Positions 34,053 to 47,447 of a stretch of 64,000 nt of DNA are shown piece by piece. Numbering within the stretch: position 1 is the stretch's first letter; each line of letters starts with the position of its first letter. Below the pieces are notes generated by a model. That model was not told where the DNA came from, made no database searches, and saw nothing but the letters and a program-made list of their open reading frames with translations. Position numbers and translations under genes: made by a program. The stretch is from Lingula anatina (lineage: Eukaryota; Animalia; Brachiopoda), in contig CM120646.1 of the NCBI GenBank assembly GCA_051362555.1, forward strand, positions 5,828,001 to 5,892,000, in the 5' to 3' direction.

Positions 34053-36649
34053 AATAACCCTGTCAAAACCGCCAACAAGAAAGAAAAATTGTAATTATCG
34101 GAATAGATAATGAGGAAAGTTACAGAACAATGATGGCAGAGAAAAAAACGTTAGAGCATTAATATTTTGTAAAAAGATAAATCATCGAGGAAATTAGAGT
34201 TTCTAGGATAATTTTATAATTATAGTGGTATCTTTTATTGTTTGCATTATGAATGCAGAGACTACTGAAGGCAATGAATTTGCTTTCTGCTGCAAACTCT
34301 CTTTTCAATTCTTATATGATGACTCAAGGTTGTTTTCAGTGAGAAATGTCTTTGGGCTAAAAAAAAAATGGCCCGAGTTTCAAAACCTAACACAGCTGGA
34401 CTGAACTTGCACTTAAAGTAGTCTCCAATTTATGCTAATATCAATTGGGTCTTGATACTCTGGGTGCGATTTTTTTTTTCTTTTTTTTTTTGGGGGGGGG
34501 GGGGGGGGGCACTGACATTTTTCTTGAACAAAACCTTGACTAAATGTTAACTATCCCAGAAAAACTGGATAATCATGTTGTATCTCAGAAAGTAGGGGTT
34601 GGTTATCAGGGGGTGACCTTGGAATATATATGCTCTTTTCCATAAATTTTGTGAGGGAGGAGGCATTTTTCTTTTCTTTCTTTTTGTATCAAATCCAATG
34701 TACATTAAGGTGTATAATTTCTGTTGCTGTACATTCTCCAAGTTTTATGTGTGGTCGCTATTTGGTGGTTAACGACATATTTATTTTGTAGCATAGATGG
34801 AGTTTCTGTGCTTGAACTGATAAATTGTTAACTAGAGGGAAAATTAGTTCTTTATTTGCAGGTTTTTCCTGTGCAATGTGTTGTAAAGAAAACAATAAAA
34901 GTGAAATTGTTTCATGTTTCTAAGTGTTATGTTTTACCCAGAATTTAATCTTATAGCAGTTATCAATAATCACATAGCATTTCTCGATTCTCTTTATTAC
35001 AAACCTTGTACAACTTGCAATAGTATGTTTGAACATAAAATAAAAGGTCAAGACATGGAAAATATAACTTTTAAAATTTATTTTCTTAATTATATTATAC
35101 ATGTCACGCTGAAATAAAATCACCAATTTATAGTCTTTCTGAAACAGTTATTAATTTAAGATATTACTGTTCATAATTATCTCCTTGGAAGAGATGAGCA
35201 CTACCTGTCACAACTTGAAACTCATAATACAGTGCAGTCATTTCTTTATGAATCCCTTCCGCATCAAAGAAACTTGCTACTGTGCGGCCATTTTTTAAGC
35301 TTTCACACTCCACAAACATACAACAGAGAAGCCTCTACTTTTAAAGGCTTATCACTCAGAATACTCTTTCACAAAATCTTTGAAGTTGCAACAAGTTCCA
35401 TGCACAAGTCTCAGGCAAAACTGCCATTTTTTTCTGACAACTACTGCATATTTACAATGTTTTCAAGAGTTTTCTTGCATTGTTTGAATTAATTGAAATT
35501 TGTGTGTCACAGTAACAATAATTTTAACTTATCGAAAGTCTCTTCTTTTCTTGATGTGTAAAGAATTCTAACTAGCATTTTATATTTACTGGACAGCAAA
35601 GCTTGTGAAGGTACAGGCAAAATACCAATTTCATGTCTATTAAGCTCAGTGGCTGCTGATACGTCAGATACGATATTCAAAAAGAACAAAACTGTTACTC
35701 AATTGGCAAAATCCATTACGCACAGGGGTGAACCGTGACCCTTTTTACTATCTGCATAAGAAAATTAGATCAAAAATGCTGTTGTCTCTGAAAGTTGTTT
35801 GTACTGCTCCCTATCATAACATTACTTACAATGAGTGATATAAAACAATAAAACACTAAAACTGAGAAGAAAAATTTGCTTATAGTTCGCATCCTTAGGT
35901 ACCCAATTATTTTAGGGAAAAACACCATTATGTTCTAATAGGTCCTTAGCAGAGATAAGAATATCAACATATATTTCAGGAGAAAATCTTGGATACAAGT
36001 AAAGGCTAATATACTGGAGATGATCCAGGCCATTATACACCATAGTTGGTGCTCAAGCTGACTCAGGTTAGTGAAATCTGTACATAGACTCTTCCTTATG
36101 AATCTATTTAAAATGTTGACAATTCCTGAAATAGAACTGCTCAGCAATTGTACAAAGTGCAAGGGTGATGGATTAAAACATGGACATTGAGGTGTTATGT
36201 AACCTGAGTAAGGTCTCACATAAAAGATGACAAAGTTAACTGCAGGTTCACATCGTAATATATACCTTATCATATACTTATATTTCTTGAATATAATACA
36301 TTTTGATAGGCGAAATAACTTATTATTAAAGAAGTTAGAATGAAATTATACTTTCATATGTTTACTGCTCACTGTCTTTAATCAAAATTATCTTCGATCA
36401 CTTATCATATTCTTCTTTTTCCTAAAAAATGTTAGTAAGTAACAAGAAAAAGATAGTTTGGAAATTTTTGAAAAGGTAACATTCATGTCAAAAATTTCTT
36501 TCTTGTGAGTAATTAAAAGCGATATATCCTAAAAAATGAATTACTGGAATTAATGATGTTTGACATTGGTTGTAATCACTACATTCTGGGGTACAATCCA
36601 ATCTGATGTTTGATATACAAGTAGAAAATTTCAACCCAAAACCTATAAC

Positions 36650-36773
36650 CAGGGATGAAAATTTCACTTGGTGAAAAGTCGGAAAAATAGCATTGGCTCC
36701 AGGGGGCTGCCTGGGCCAATGATAATTTTGGCTCCCAAAAAGTTGGAAATCTGCCGGAAAAATCTCATCCCTG
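36650..36773. mobile_element. MITE with CAGGGATG...CATCCCTG ends (hAT-like)
   Basis: TIRs, with TATAAC on both flanks; a similar terminus begins near 63933. Confidence 0.65.
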
Positions 36774-37199
36774 TATAACAAAGACAACAATCAAAGCCTG
36801 CATCAGCAACCCACATGTCTACGCACAAAAGCATGAATTACATCTAAAATATTTAAAATATGCTGCAAATCAATATGAAACAAGTTGACACATATACAAA
36901 TATAACAGTAATAACAAGTCAATTAAACCAAAAATATCAATTTTCCATCATGACATCATCTCTTAGAAAATGAAGGTAACTCAGATTCAACAAAATAACA
37001 TAAATCAACAACATTCATACTTTTTAATACCATATATACAAAACAAAATGATGAAAGTCCAAAAAAATGAAGAAAAAAAAAAGGGAATTTCACAATAGAA
37101 TCAGCACTGAAGTCTCTGTTAGATATTCCTAAATGGACAGAAATCCAAATCCATTATGGAAAGACAAGTGATAAGATCTAGTTGCCCTAGAAAGAAGAG

Positions 37200-40100
37200 T
37201 TATGCAAACTCATACTCTTGTTCGTCAAAATGAGACTGTACATGCCTCTCAAATTCGGTCTGGGCTGTCCCGACACTGAAGCTTTTGTGGCACATGGGGC
37301 ATTCTGGGCCTGTATGTTCCCTGTCGATGTGTTCAGATATTTTCGCCTCGGCGTCATCTCCCTGGAACTGCTTGTTGCACATGGGGCACTGTGGCAATGG
37401 CATTCCAACTGCATCTTCAAACCTACCAAAAATGTGGTCATAATTTCATTAGTTTTTCTCATTTATCATTTAAGGTTTAGTTTTTTAAAAATTCAAGCAA
37501 AACTTTTTTCTAGACAAATTCTATTTATAAATTATTTTACTCTGATTTTAAAATATACCATGAATACAATTGAGAAGTTGCAAAATTAAAACCAGTCCTC
37601 CTATCTCTCCTCCCAGAACTCCACCAAAAAAAAAAAAAATAAATAAAAATAAAAAATAAATAAATATAGAAAAAAAAAAATAATAATAATATCAAGTTAC
37701 TTTGCCTGGCAATTTAAAGCACAAATTCAACCAAACCCATCACCAACTGAAGCAATGACATTGAACATAAAAAGTTTACTTTTCTTCCTCTCCGTCTGGT
37801 GTGTCAGCCTCCTCTGCCGTTTGATCCTTCTTGCTGGGCTCCTCAGCAGGGGGCGCCACCAGGTCCTGTTCTGTAGGAAAGTCGTCGCCCTCTGTTGTGG
37901 AACTTGATGAGGAATTTTCTGCAATATAAATATACACTGTAATTACCATCAGTGCAACTGTCAAAAACGTAATGTGTTCAGCAAGTCAGAACAGGACATA
38001 AGGACAGCCATAACATACTTCAGTCTTCATCACCTTCTGCTGTTACAGTAATACCACAATTTTTTTTGGGCACCACAGCTCTGCTAGCACATTTTGACCT
38101 AGTTCTTAAAACCATGAACCATCAACGGTAACTTGTGACAGCTTAGAATCCTGCCTTAGCTTTACTCACCACTGCTACTCTCTTTTTTGTGAACGGCCAT
38201 GACGGCAGCCATCTTGGCCGAGGGCAGAATTTCCGGTTTCATGGGCGGGTCCAAAAGGGTGCTCTCTGCAGCTAATAAAGGATTGCCCATGGCAGGGTGC
38301 CTTATCTCTGGCGAAAGGGCTGGAGGGAGAACGGGTGCGTAGGGGTTTCCGTACTCCATTATCACAGGTGGCGTTGCTGGGCTGGGCAAGCCATCTGGTG
38401 GCAAAGCGTAACTGGCGGTCTTGTTGCCCCTTTCTGCAGCCAGCAACCCACTTAGACGAGTTATTTCCAGTTTTTGTTTATTGCACACTTCCTGGAATGA
38501 CATTATTGACAATAAATTAGATTCCTTTCATGCAAGGAGTTTCTTCTCATTTTTTTTGTCAATGCACTTGTTAGCAAGTACCACAAAAAAAGAAAAAGCC
38601 CTACTTCTGAATGGCCAGATAACATAGAAAGAACACTGTGTTTTCCTCCTCAACTCACCGCCAACTTCTTTTCATTTCCAGCGCTATCTTTTTCCAGGGC
38701 TTCAATTTTGCCGTTCAAATCAGAAATCAGTGCCGTTTTCTTTTGAAGCTCCTCCTCATAGTGCTTACGCAGGAAGTCATTTTTCTCTCTCTCATCCAAG
38801 AATCTGGCAAATAAAAGAATAAATCTTTATACTTTGGCAAATTAACACTAATTTATGATGACTACTTAAAACACTTATTAATTAAGAGCCTGGGTTATCA
38901 CTGCTTCTGGCATCATTTTGCTCACTGACAAAAATTTATAATGATTTTCATATAATTGTATTATACATTTTACATTCACATTTTATGACCTTATTCTACA
39001 GTTTGCCTTATGTGGACCCATTCACAGAGAAGATTAAGTACTAAGTAAGTATTACTTAAAGTAAGCAAGTATTCTACATTGTGACTTTATTTTATACATG
39101 ACACCAACCAAACCCTCAAAATGTTATGTAATAATATATATCTCAAAGTTATGTTCCCTACTTCTGTTTGTACATCTTTTTTTTCATGGTCCTCTTTTCC
39201 AATTCTTGTCCCAAATCTTCAAACTGAGCCTGCAGTTCTTCAATGGACAAGCTACTGGTAGGTATACTGGTGACCACTTCAAAGTCTCCACCTTGGTCTG
39301 CTCTGGTCTCTGCTGCTGCTGCTGAAGATATGAGATTTTTATCTTTATTAAAAATCCTACATGTTTCTTTCCAATAACAATTAAAATTTCAGTATTATAG
39401 CTTTTGAAAAATTCTGATGGGAGTTTCTGTAGTCTGGGGCTAGTTTCACAAAAAAGCCAAAACCTGAAAAAATTGGTCTAAACTTTGAGACAAAAATTTA
39501 AGTCTACTTTAACCCCTAGGATTAATTAGTAGTCCAGTAGATGAAATATTTAAATGCAAAATGGCTAACTATTCACACCAACACTTCATTCAACTGGACC
39601 AGAATAGATATTTTATATTCAATTGAAGTACGTTCTACTGGTCCTTCAAGACAAAAATATAGGTCTAAAGTTTACACCAATTTTTGAGCTAAAGGTCTTT
39701 TTCTTCTTCCAGTGAGATCATTTAGTCTAGTCCAGTGTAGCAAGTGAGGTCAATATGTGAACACAACCACTGATAGCTTACATGGTGAAGCGGCATCTAT
39801 CTCTGTTGCTTTCAGTTGCTGTGCGACCTCTGTCAGCACCTCTTCCACCAGTGGTGCCTTCTTCTCCACTTTTGGTTCTTTTGCTGAAAGACAATCACAC
39901 ACAGTTGTACATATATATCTGTGTATCCCACTGACTCAACACACACAAGTCTACTAATTTTTGTTTTTAGAAAAGTACTAAGTTACATAAGGCATTCAGT
40001 ACTTTTTTATCTGGGCCTCAGATCAGACCATTTCCTACAATGGCATATTTTCCCCAATCTACAGGCCCTTCAAGACAAAAGATCAAATAGACTTCTAGCT

Positions 40101-43100
40101 CATAAATCCTGTGACCAGTAAACTGACTACATCAACACAATGTGACTACTGTAACACAAGCACCAAATTTACAACCATATGACATTGGGAAAAGTGGCAA
40201 CAACACGGACTGTTTAGAATTAGAACAACAAAACTGGGCTGAATACGCAACGTTTTTGGGGAAAAAAAGGTGCACAAAACCCACCAGCGAGTTTCTTGGT
40301 TGCTTTTTGGTACTGGATGTGGAGTGCCTTGTATTCGTCTGCCCCCATCTTAAGCCTGGCCTTCAGGTCATCCACCTCTCTCCTCAGGTCCTGCTCCTGC
40401 TGCTTCCACTGCTCCTGGTATTATATCAAATAAAAGAGATGAGCTTAATGAAGAGCTATTAAGGCTGAAAAAGTTTACAACTTTGTCCCCCATCCCCACC
40501 TTTCTCACTTCTTATTCCTCTGTCTCTCAGAAATATCACTAACCACAAACATTAGAAGCAATATTTGGTTCAACAATTTTTCAATATGCAGGCAACAAGT
40601 TATTTTTTAAAATACATCATAATAGGATTCTGAAACAAATTTCCCTGATGTGTGAAAAACCCCATAAATACACATCAAATGCCATCAAAGATATGTGGAC
40701 ATTTCAAGAATCATCTTTCAGGTGTTAGCATAAGCTTACAAATAAAGTAAGCAAAATATAACTTACTGTCTGACTTCAAACCAAGTGCAGTAAGGATACA
40801 AAACAATCACAACTTCAAAATCATTAAGAAACATTATAAACAAAACATACGTACCTGGCGTCTTGTTAGGTTCTCCTTCTCTATACGAGCCAGGTCATAT
40901 TTGTTTTTGTATCTCTTATATCTGTCCTTCAGGTCATTCAAGACAGGCTGCAGAGCAAACGCGGCTCCCGCGGCATCGTTCTGCATCTGGACCTCCTCAG
41001 ATTGGAGACGTGCCTTCAGGGCCAGGATCTGTTCATCTTGGTCTTGAGCCTTGGTGTCAGCCTTTTCCTTCTCCTGGAGAGATACAGTCTTGTTAGGGCA
41101 GAAGAAATCAGCAAAGTGGAGAGTTGCACCATAATATTTGATAAGAGACTTGGAACTCCCAATACATCTAAATTTAACTTGAATTTTATTTTTGTTTCTT
41201 TTTTTTCTATTTTTGCATTTTCATCTTTATCAAATAATAAATCTGAACATCCATTATCAACAAAAATTTAACTAAAAGTGAGCCCAGGTAAAACATATTC
41301 AGGGATCTTTTTTTTACTTTTAAATGATAAAAATAAGACTAATACAAATGGTTCTATTTGACACCCTACCTCCAGGATCTTTTAACAAACTCACCTTCTT
41401 AATCATCTCCAAAGCATTCTCCCTTTCTTCCACCCCCCTCCTTGAAGCCTCCAGCTCTTCCTTGAACCGCTTCTCCTCCCTGGCCAGCTTGTCCTTATAG
41501 CTGTGGGACTCAGACTTGGCTTTCTAAAAAGACAAATACAAAGGAGATCATCTAAAGGGGGGAGGCGAGCAGGCAATGAATTGGCTAAAGGAACAAAAGA
41601 GGAAGAACTGCTACACCAGCAGAGTAAGATGTTCACAAACAGTACTGGAACACAAGTATCTACAGTTACTTTCACTTTCATCAATATCAATTACCTATAA
41701 TATATACAAATTAGATACAAAAATAATTCATTAACCTCCAGATTGTTGGACATTTCCAAGAAAGCAGCTTTCAGTGTCTCAGTTTCATCACTCAGCATCT
41801 GTTTGCAGGCGGCGGCGGCCTGGAGTTTGTCCTCGGTGTTTTTCAATTTCTCTGCCAATGCAGCTGACTGCTCCTACAAGTAGGTTATTACCCTGTTTAT
41901 TCCAAGTGAACATATGAATACGTAACAGCACAGTTATTGTCTCCATGGCAATAAAAGGAAAAAAAATCTCCCTTTTCATTGATGATTTGGTTAAAAAACT
42001 GGCAGATTGGAACTAGGATACCATCAAAATCTGCACATCTGCCCTTCTGTCTCACATTATGGAATTGAGAGACAGATATACCACCAAAACTACCATATAT
42101 TCCAAAATTCAAACTAAACCTGAGTGTGTTCTTAATCGTAATTTTTCTCTCCTTCATTGTCAGACATCATACCTGGTCTGCGTCTCTGAGCTGTCTAAGC
42201 TGAGCCATGTCTCTCCTCTCCTTGTCCAGCGCCATCTTCATTTCTGAGACCTCTGCTCTACACTGGGTGAGGTCACCCTCATGGCTGGTGTTCTGCTTCT
42301 GCAGGTTCTCTATTTCCAGAGTGTGCGCTTTGATGGCAGACTCTGAGTTGGTGAAATGTTTCTGGAGAATAAAAAAATAAGATACACATCATCCAGGACC
42401 ATCAGGCACCTGAATGGACAAATAAATTTTCTAGACATAGTTGTCTAACATTTTCTTCTCCCAACTGAAAAATTGTATTAATCAGTGGAATTGTGACAGA
42501 AATGTTCTCTGTCTGCATTGATAACTTCTAGCTCCCACAGAATAATAACTGTATTCTGGAATAATAATTGCTACTTAACCATCATTTTGTAATTTCTATC
42601 TGTAATAAGGCACTCTCATTTAGATGGGTTAATACCACAAATGATTGAAATAAAAATGTTAAAAACTGAAGTATTAGAATTGCACATCTTCCTACAGAAG
42701 CATGGATTGGCAGTGATTAACTTTTTAAGCATAAACCTTTTATGACTAGCACTTTCTTACGTAAAATAACAGAGATTTCAAAAATAAACCAGATATTATA
42801 ATAGTACCTTGTACAATTCCTTCTCCTCATCCAGAGTCTTAACTTTACCACACAACTCGTCTTTCTCTCGGTTCACTTCCTGAAGTTCTTCCATCAGCCG
42901 AGTTATTTCTACCTCCTTGGATTCCAAAGTTTTACTCAACTCCTCTTTCTCCTAATGAATGAATAATCATTGAATGAATAATCATTTCATTTTCATTAAA
43001 AAAAATTCCAAGTCTGTGACTCAAATATCTATTTTAACAACAACTTCTTGCATTTTCTGTTCATCAATTGGAAGGAATTTCGTAAATCCTCCACAAACCA

Positions 43101-44620
43101 ATAATACTTTTTATCATTTTCCCTTTAAAAATCATTTTCACGATCTGACTCACTTTCATCAGTTTCTCTATTCTTTCCTCCTGCTTGGCTGCCATGTCCT
43201 TGGCTTCAGCTTGTGTTGAAGAAAGCTCCTCTTGGACCTTACACAGTGACCTCTGCTGGCTGTCTAGTGATTCCTGTTTCTCCTTCACTTGTTTCTGGTA
43301 CTCCACTAGTTTCTCTACAAGGCTCTCCCTGTCAGCATCAAGGGCCTCTTTGCTCTGAGGAGATCATTTGGGCAAAATTATTCAGTAATGTTTAAAATAC
43401 AAAACTTGCAAGGTAGAAATATTAACAAGACTGTAAAAGAATATGATAACAACAAAGTTCAATACTACTATTATTACAACCATCATTACAATAGAAACTT
43501 GACTTGAGATAATGAAGACAAAGTTGGGAGAAACAACTTTTTAAATGCACCATCTTTATGGCAAATTGTGCAAAGTCAGAGAAACACAGAATTTGTGGGA
43601 ATATTAAAATTATTTAGTATCATTATTACATTTTTCAAACTTTCCAAAAATCTACCCAGGACTTACCTTCAAGAGTTCCTGTTTCTCCATCTCAACCTGG
43701 GCGATCCTCTCCTCCAAGTGTTGTGCCCTATTGTTGATAATAATCAGGTCAATGTCCTCATCCTCTGCCTCCTCAAAGTCGTCAGCACGGGGGTTGCGGA
43801 ACTGGAATGGTGTGCTGGCCCCGCGGACTTGCCCCCCACTGGCAATGTAGCAAAACTGGTAGAACTCGCCATCATCTTTTGGCAGGTTGTGAGCTGGAAA
43901 ATAAATATGAAATTGGTGTGATGGATGCCAAACTGATTTTGATGCATAAAAATATTATAAAATGGATGCAAAATATTTATCAAGTTACCATATTTACCAT
44001 ATCATTTAAAATGCATAATCTATACCAACTTTTTAGCAAATAACCTACTAATTCTAAAACTGTATTAAAAATTCATACAGACATCACAAAAGCCATAAGC
44101 AACTAAAGAAAATGATTTGAATATTTATACATAACACTGTATTGAACAGGAGAATATCATTCACTAACTGGATTTTCAAGTCAACATTTGGGGATGACGT
44201 GTGAAAACAATTTTTGAAAATCAAAAAGTTATAATGATCTGATCAATCAGAAAATCAGTGTCTTACAAATAGAAACAACACTTTTCAAAACTAATAAATA
44301 AACTCTCAATCACCTTGGAAAAGTACACACGTTTCAATCTCCTGTTGTTCTTTATAATCAGCAGGGATGACGACCCACTCGTAACAAATGTTTTCAGAGG
44401 ACTTCACCCAGCCCACTTTGAAAAGGCCGATCCAATCATGCTTGGTGGCTGTCAGTTGAGAAGTAATGGCAAACGTGACGCTAATGTGAGCATCTGCAGG
44501 GTAATAACGTGCAATATTGTGAAATATCACTTGTCCAAACTCGGTTTTGTTGTTGAAGCGTACCTCCCCTCCTGGCCCCATCTCGATGACCTCCATACTT
44601 GTTGTGTTGGCCTCGGCCAT
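37200..44620 (-). CDS. TAX1BP1: TAX1BP1/CALCOCO-family selective autophagy receptor (SKICH, coiled coil, two UBZ fingers), about 15 coding exons
   Basis: SKICH exon 44620-44312 (VIFHNI..Y, DWIGLFKVGW); next exon YQFCY..GASTPFQF and CLIR-like DLIII; coiled-coil exons 43357-38170; CPMC..H..H twice in the last exon. Confidence 0.9.
39437..39700. mobile_element. Degenerate MITE
   Basis: Imperfect inverted repeat aaaaattggtctaaacttt / aaagtttacaccaattttt. Confidence 0.45.
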
Positions 44621-44749
44621 CTGAAGATAAAATAGATCCACAATTATTATTATTATTATTATTTTTTGTGACTCTTACTGACAAGCTTGTTCCAAATTGT
44701 AAATAGGAATACAATCTATGTCACAATATCTTCACTGTCTACTGCTTCT

Positions 44750-45290
44750 TTTTATGTACAGACACAGATGTGTCTGTACATATAGCCATCATCTGCGTCT
44801 GTCGTCGCCGTCGTGCACTTTTACCGATAACACGATAAGTGGAACACCGTTTTTGCTTTTGGCTTGAAACTTACAGAACTGGTGAATATTCCTAATACGC
44901 AGGTCAAGTTCGAAAATCAGCATGATCGGGTCATTTTTAGGGAAGTTACGCTGTTTTTTCACTTTTTTCAGCATAAATGCAGCACCGATAACACGATAAG
45001 TGGAAAACCATTTTACTTTTTGGCTTGAAACTTACAAAACTGATGAATATTCATAATCCGCAGGTCAAGTTCGAAAATCAGCATGATCGGGTCATTTTTA
45101 GGGAAGTTACGCTGTTTTGTCACTTTTCTCAGCATAAATGCAACACCGATAACACGATAAGTGAAATAACATTTTACCTTTTGGCTTGAAACTAACAGAA
45201 CTGATGGATATTCATAATACGCAGGTCAAGTTCGAAAATCAGCATGATCGGGCCTTTATTTTAGAAGTTATGCTGTTTTTTCACATTTCC
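44750..45290 (+). mobile_element. Helentron-associated (HINE/DINE-1-like) element with tandem 120-140-bp core repeats
   Basis: T-run start, hairpin tgtacagacaca/tgtgtctgtaca, GTC microsatellite, three copies of ccgataacacgataagtg...caggtcaagttcgaaaatcagcatgatcggg. Confidence 0.7.
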
Positions 45291-45679
45291 TTAGATTCAA
45301 TTATTAGGCATGTTAACAGTCTAATTATTTAACTAATAAGATATGTAAAAGTGTTTGTTTGATATTTCCTGCATCTTTACAACATTGTTAATTGATTGTG
45401 TAAAAATGATGGTAAACTTGTTATCCTGTATTGTGTAATAAAGTGTCAAAAATGGTAATAAACTCATCATTGCAGTTTGTCAGATTCAATCATCCACTAT
45501 GTTCAGAATCTCAGAATGGAGGAAATTGGACATTAAACACTATTCTATTGATATTTTTCCCATCTCATCAATTTTCTTAGTTGGTCATATAAAAATGGCA
45601 ATAAACTGTTTATTTTGTTTTATGTTTAAAAAATGTTAAAAATGGAAATAAACCCATTTCAGAACAGTGCTGTCTTGTT

Positions 45680-46900
45680 TACATTCTGGCATTTTTAAGA
45701 TGTGGCTTTGAAGTTTCATGAGCCTGCAGACCTTTGCTAATCACATTTTCTGAATATCCATGATACTAATATTTTATGATTAAAAATTGATGGTCATTAT
45801 GCTGTTAAACATTATTTAATATTGCATCAAAATTTGAAGAAACCCCTATTTTGGGCACTGCTCCCATGATGACCATTTAAGAAAAACCATGTCACTTACT
45901 GTTTTCAAACTTACAGGAAAGAAACATGGGGCTAAAATACAGCTTCAGCAGGCAATGCAGTCTGTTTGGTAATTTTTTCTGGCAGTTAAACAGTTTTTTG
46001 TGAAAATTTAATTTTTCACATATTGGCATTTTCAAGGTGTGACTTTGAAGTTCCATGATCCTGAAGACCTTTGCTTGTCACGTTTTCTGAATATCCATGT
46101 TACTTATATTCTATAATTAAAAATTGATGGTCATTATGCTGTTAAGCATTATGTAATATTGCATCAAAATAGAAGAAAACACAATTTTTGGTGCTGCTGC
46201 TATGATGAGCGTTATGGGAAAACCGTGTTATGACTGTCAAACCTTTAAAAAAGAAACACAGGACTAAAATGCAGAATGAGTTGGAAAAGCAGTCTAATTG
46301 GCTTCTTTTTCTGGAAGTTATACATTTGAGTGAAATATTCATTATCTTTTTGGCATATTCATTGTGGGACTCGGAGCTCCCATGGACATGAAGCCGAATG
46401 GTAATCAAATTTTCTACATGTCCATGCTATTTATTGTCAATAATCAAAGATTGGTGATAATTATTCTATAATTTATTATGTAATGTTACATCAAAATTGA
46501 CAACAATATTTTTGCATTGCTACTGCAAACATTATGAAAAGAAAACTGTGTTACTTATTATTATTTTTAACTTACAAGTATGATTTTTAGGATTGGCATA
46601 CAGTTCAAATTAGAAAGCCAGGTCAATTGGGTTATCATTTATTATTGAATTTATGCAATTTTGTGTGAAATTTTCATTTATCTCATTCTGGCACTTTCTA
46701 AGTATAAACTTGAACTCTGATGGGCCTGAAGCCTTATGCTTTTACTTTCCTCGTTGTTACCTGTTGTGCATAATTAAAATTTGATGTTGACTGTGCAGTA
46801 AAACATAATGTATTATTGCATCAGAATTGGTAGTCTCCTATTTTGTGCATTATTGTTTTGCTCTTTTCTTAAGATGTGACTTATGGGCCTGAAAGACCTT
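45680..46900. repeat. Diverged tandem repeats, about 340-bp unit
   Basis: Recurring tggcatttt..gtg.ctttgaagtt.catg..cctg.agacctttgc and taaaaattgatggtcattatgctgttaa. Confidence 0.7.
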
Positions 46901-47118
46901 TGAGAGGGTCAGTCGGTTAATATCCCTTGGGTATCACTTAGCTCATTTCTGAGTTATAAAGTCATTTGCCTAATTGATAGGCCATTAAAGGAGATTACAT
47001 AAAGCACACTTGTTGATATTTCCTTGTAAACTCCCAAAAGTTAAGCTCTCTGCTAGATTAATAATAAGGAAGCAGTGATAATTATGCAGGTTAATTATGC
47101 AGTGATAATTATGCAGGT

Positions 47119-47171
<53 letters not shown>

Positions 47172-47212
47172 CAAAGATTAAAAGTTTGAATAGCAGCTTC
47201 ATTGAAATTATA

Positions 47213-47447
47213 TTTACCTCAGGCTCTGCCTAGGAGGTTATATTTTCACCCCTGTTTGTCTGTCATCAACTTAATTCAAAAAGTTATGGACCGATTTTGC
47301 TGAAATTTTCAGGAACTGTCAGAATTGGGCCAAAGAGGACAATGATTAGTTTTTAGTGGTGGTCTGGCTCAATAATCAATCAATAATCAACAATAATCAA
47401 CAATTGCTGCCTTGGCAGAGGTCTGCACTCTCGGTGGTTTTCTAGTT
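47213..47447 (+). mobile_element. Short HINE-like element
   Basis: ttacctc..ggaggttat..gtttgtctgtc start and gccttggcagaggtctgcactctc..ttctagtt end, typical of Helentron-associated elements. Confidence 0.6.

Noticed and set aside
44820-45260. CRISPR-like regularly spaced repeats
   Set aside because: Whole units are repeated with no unique spacers; this is a eukaryotic HINE-type tandem array.
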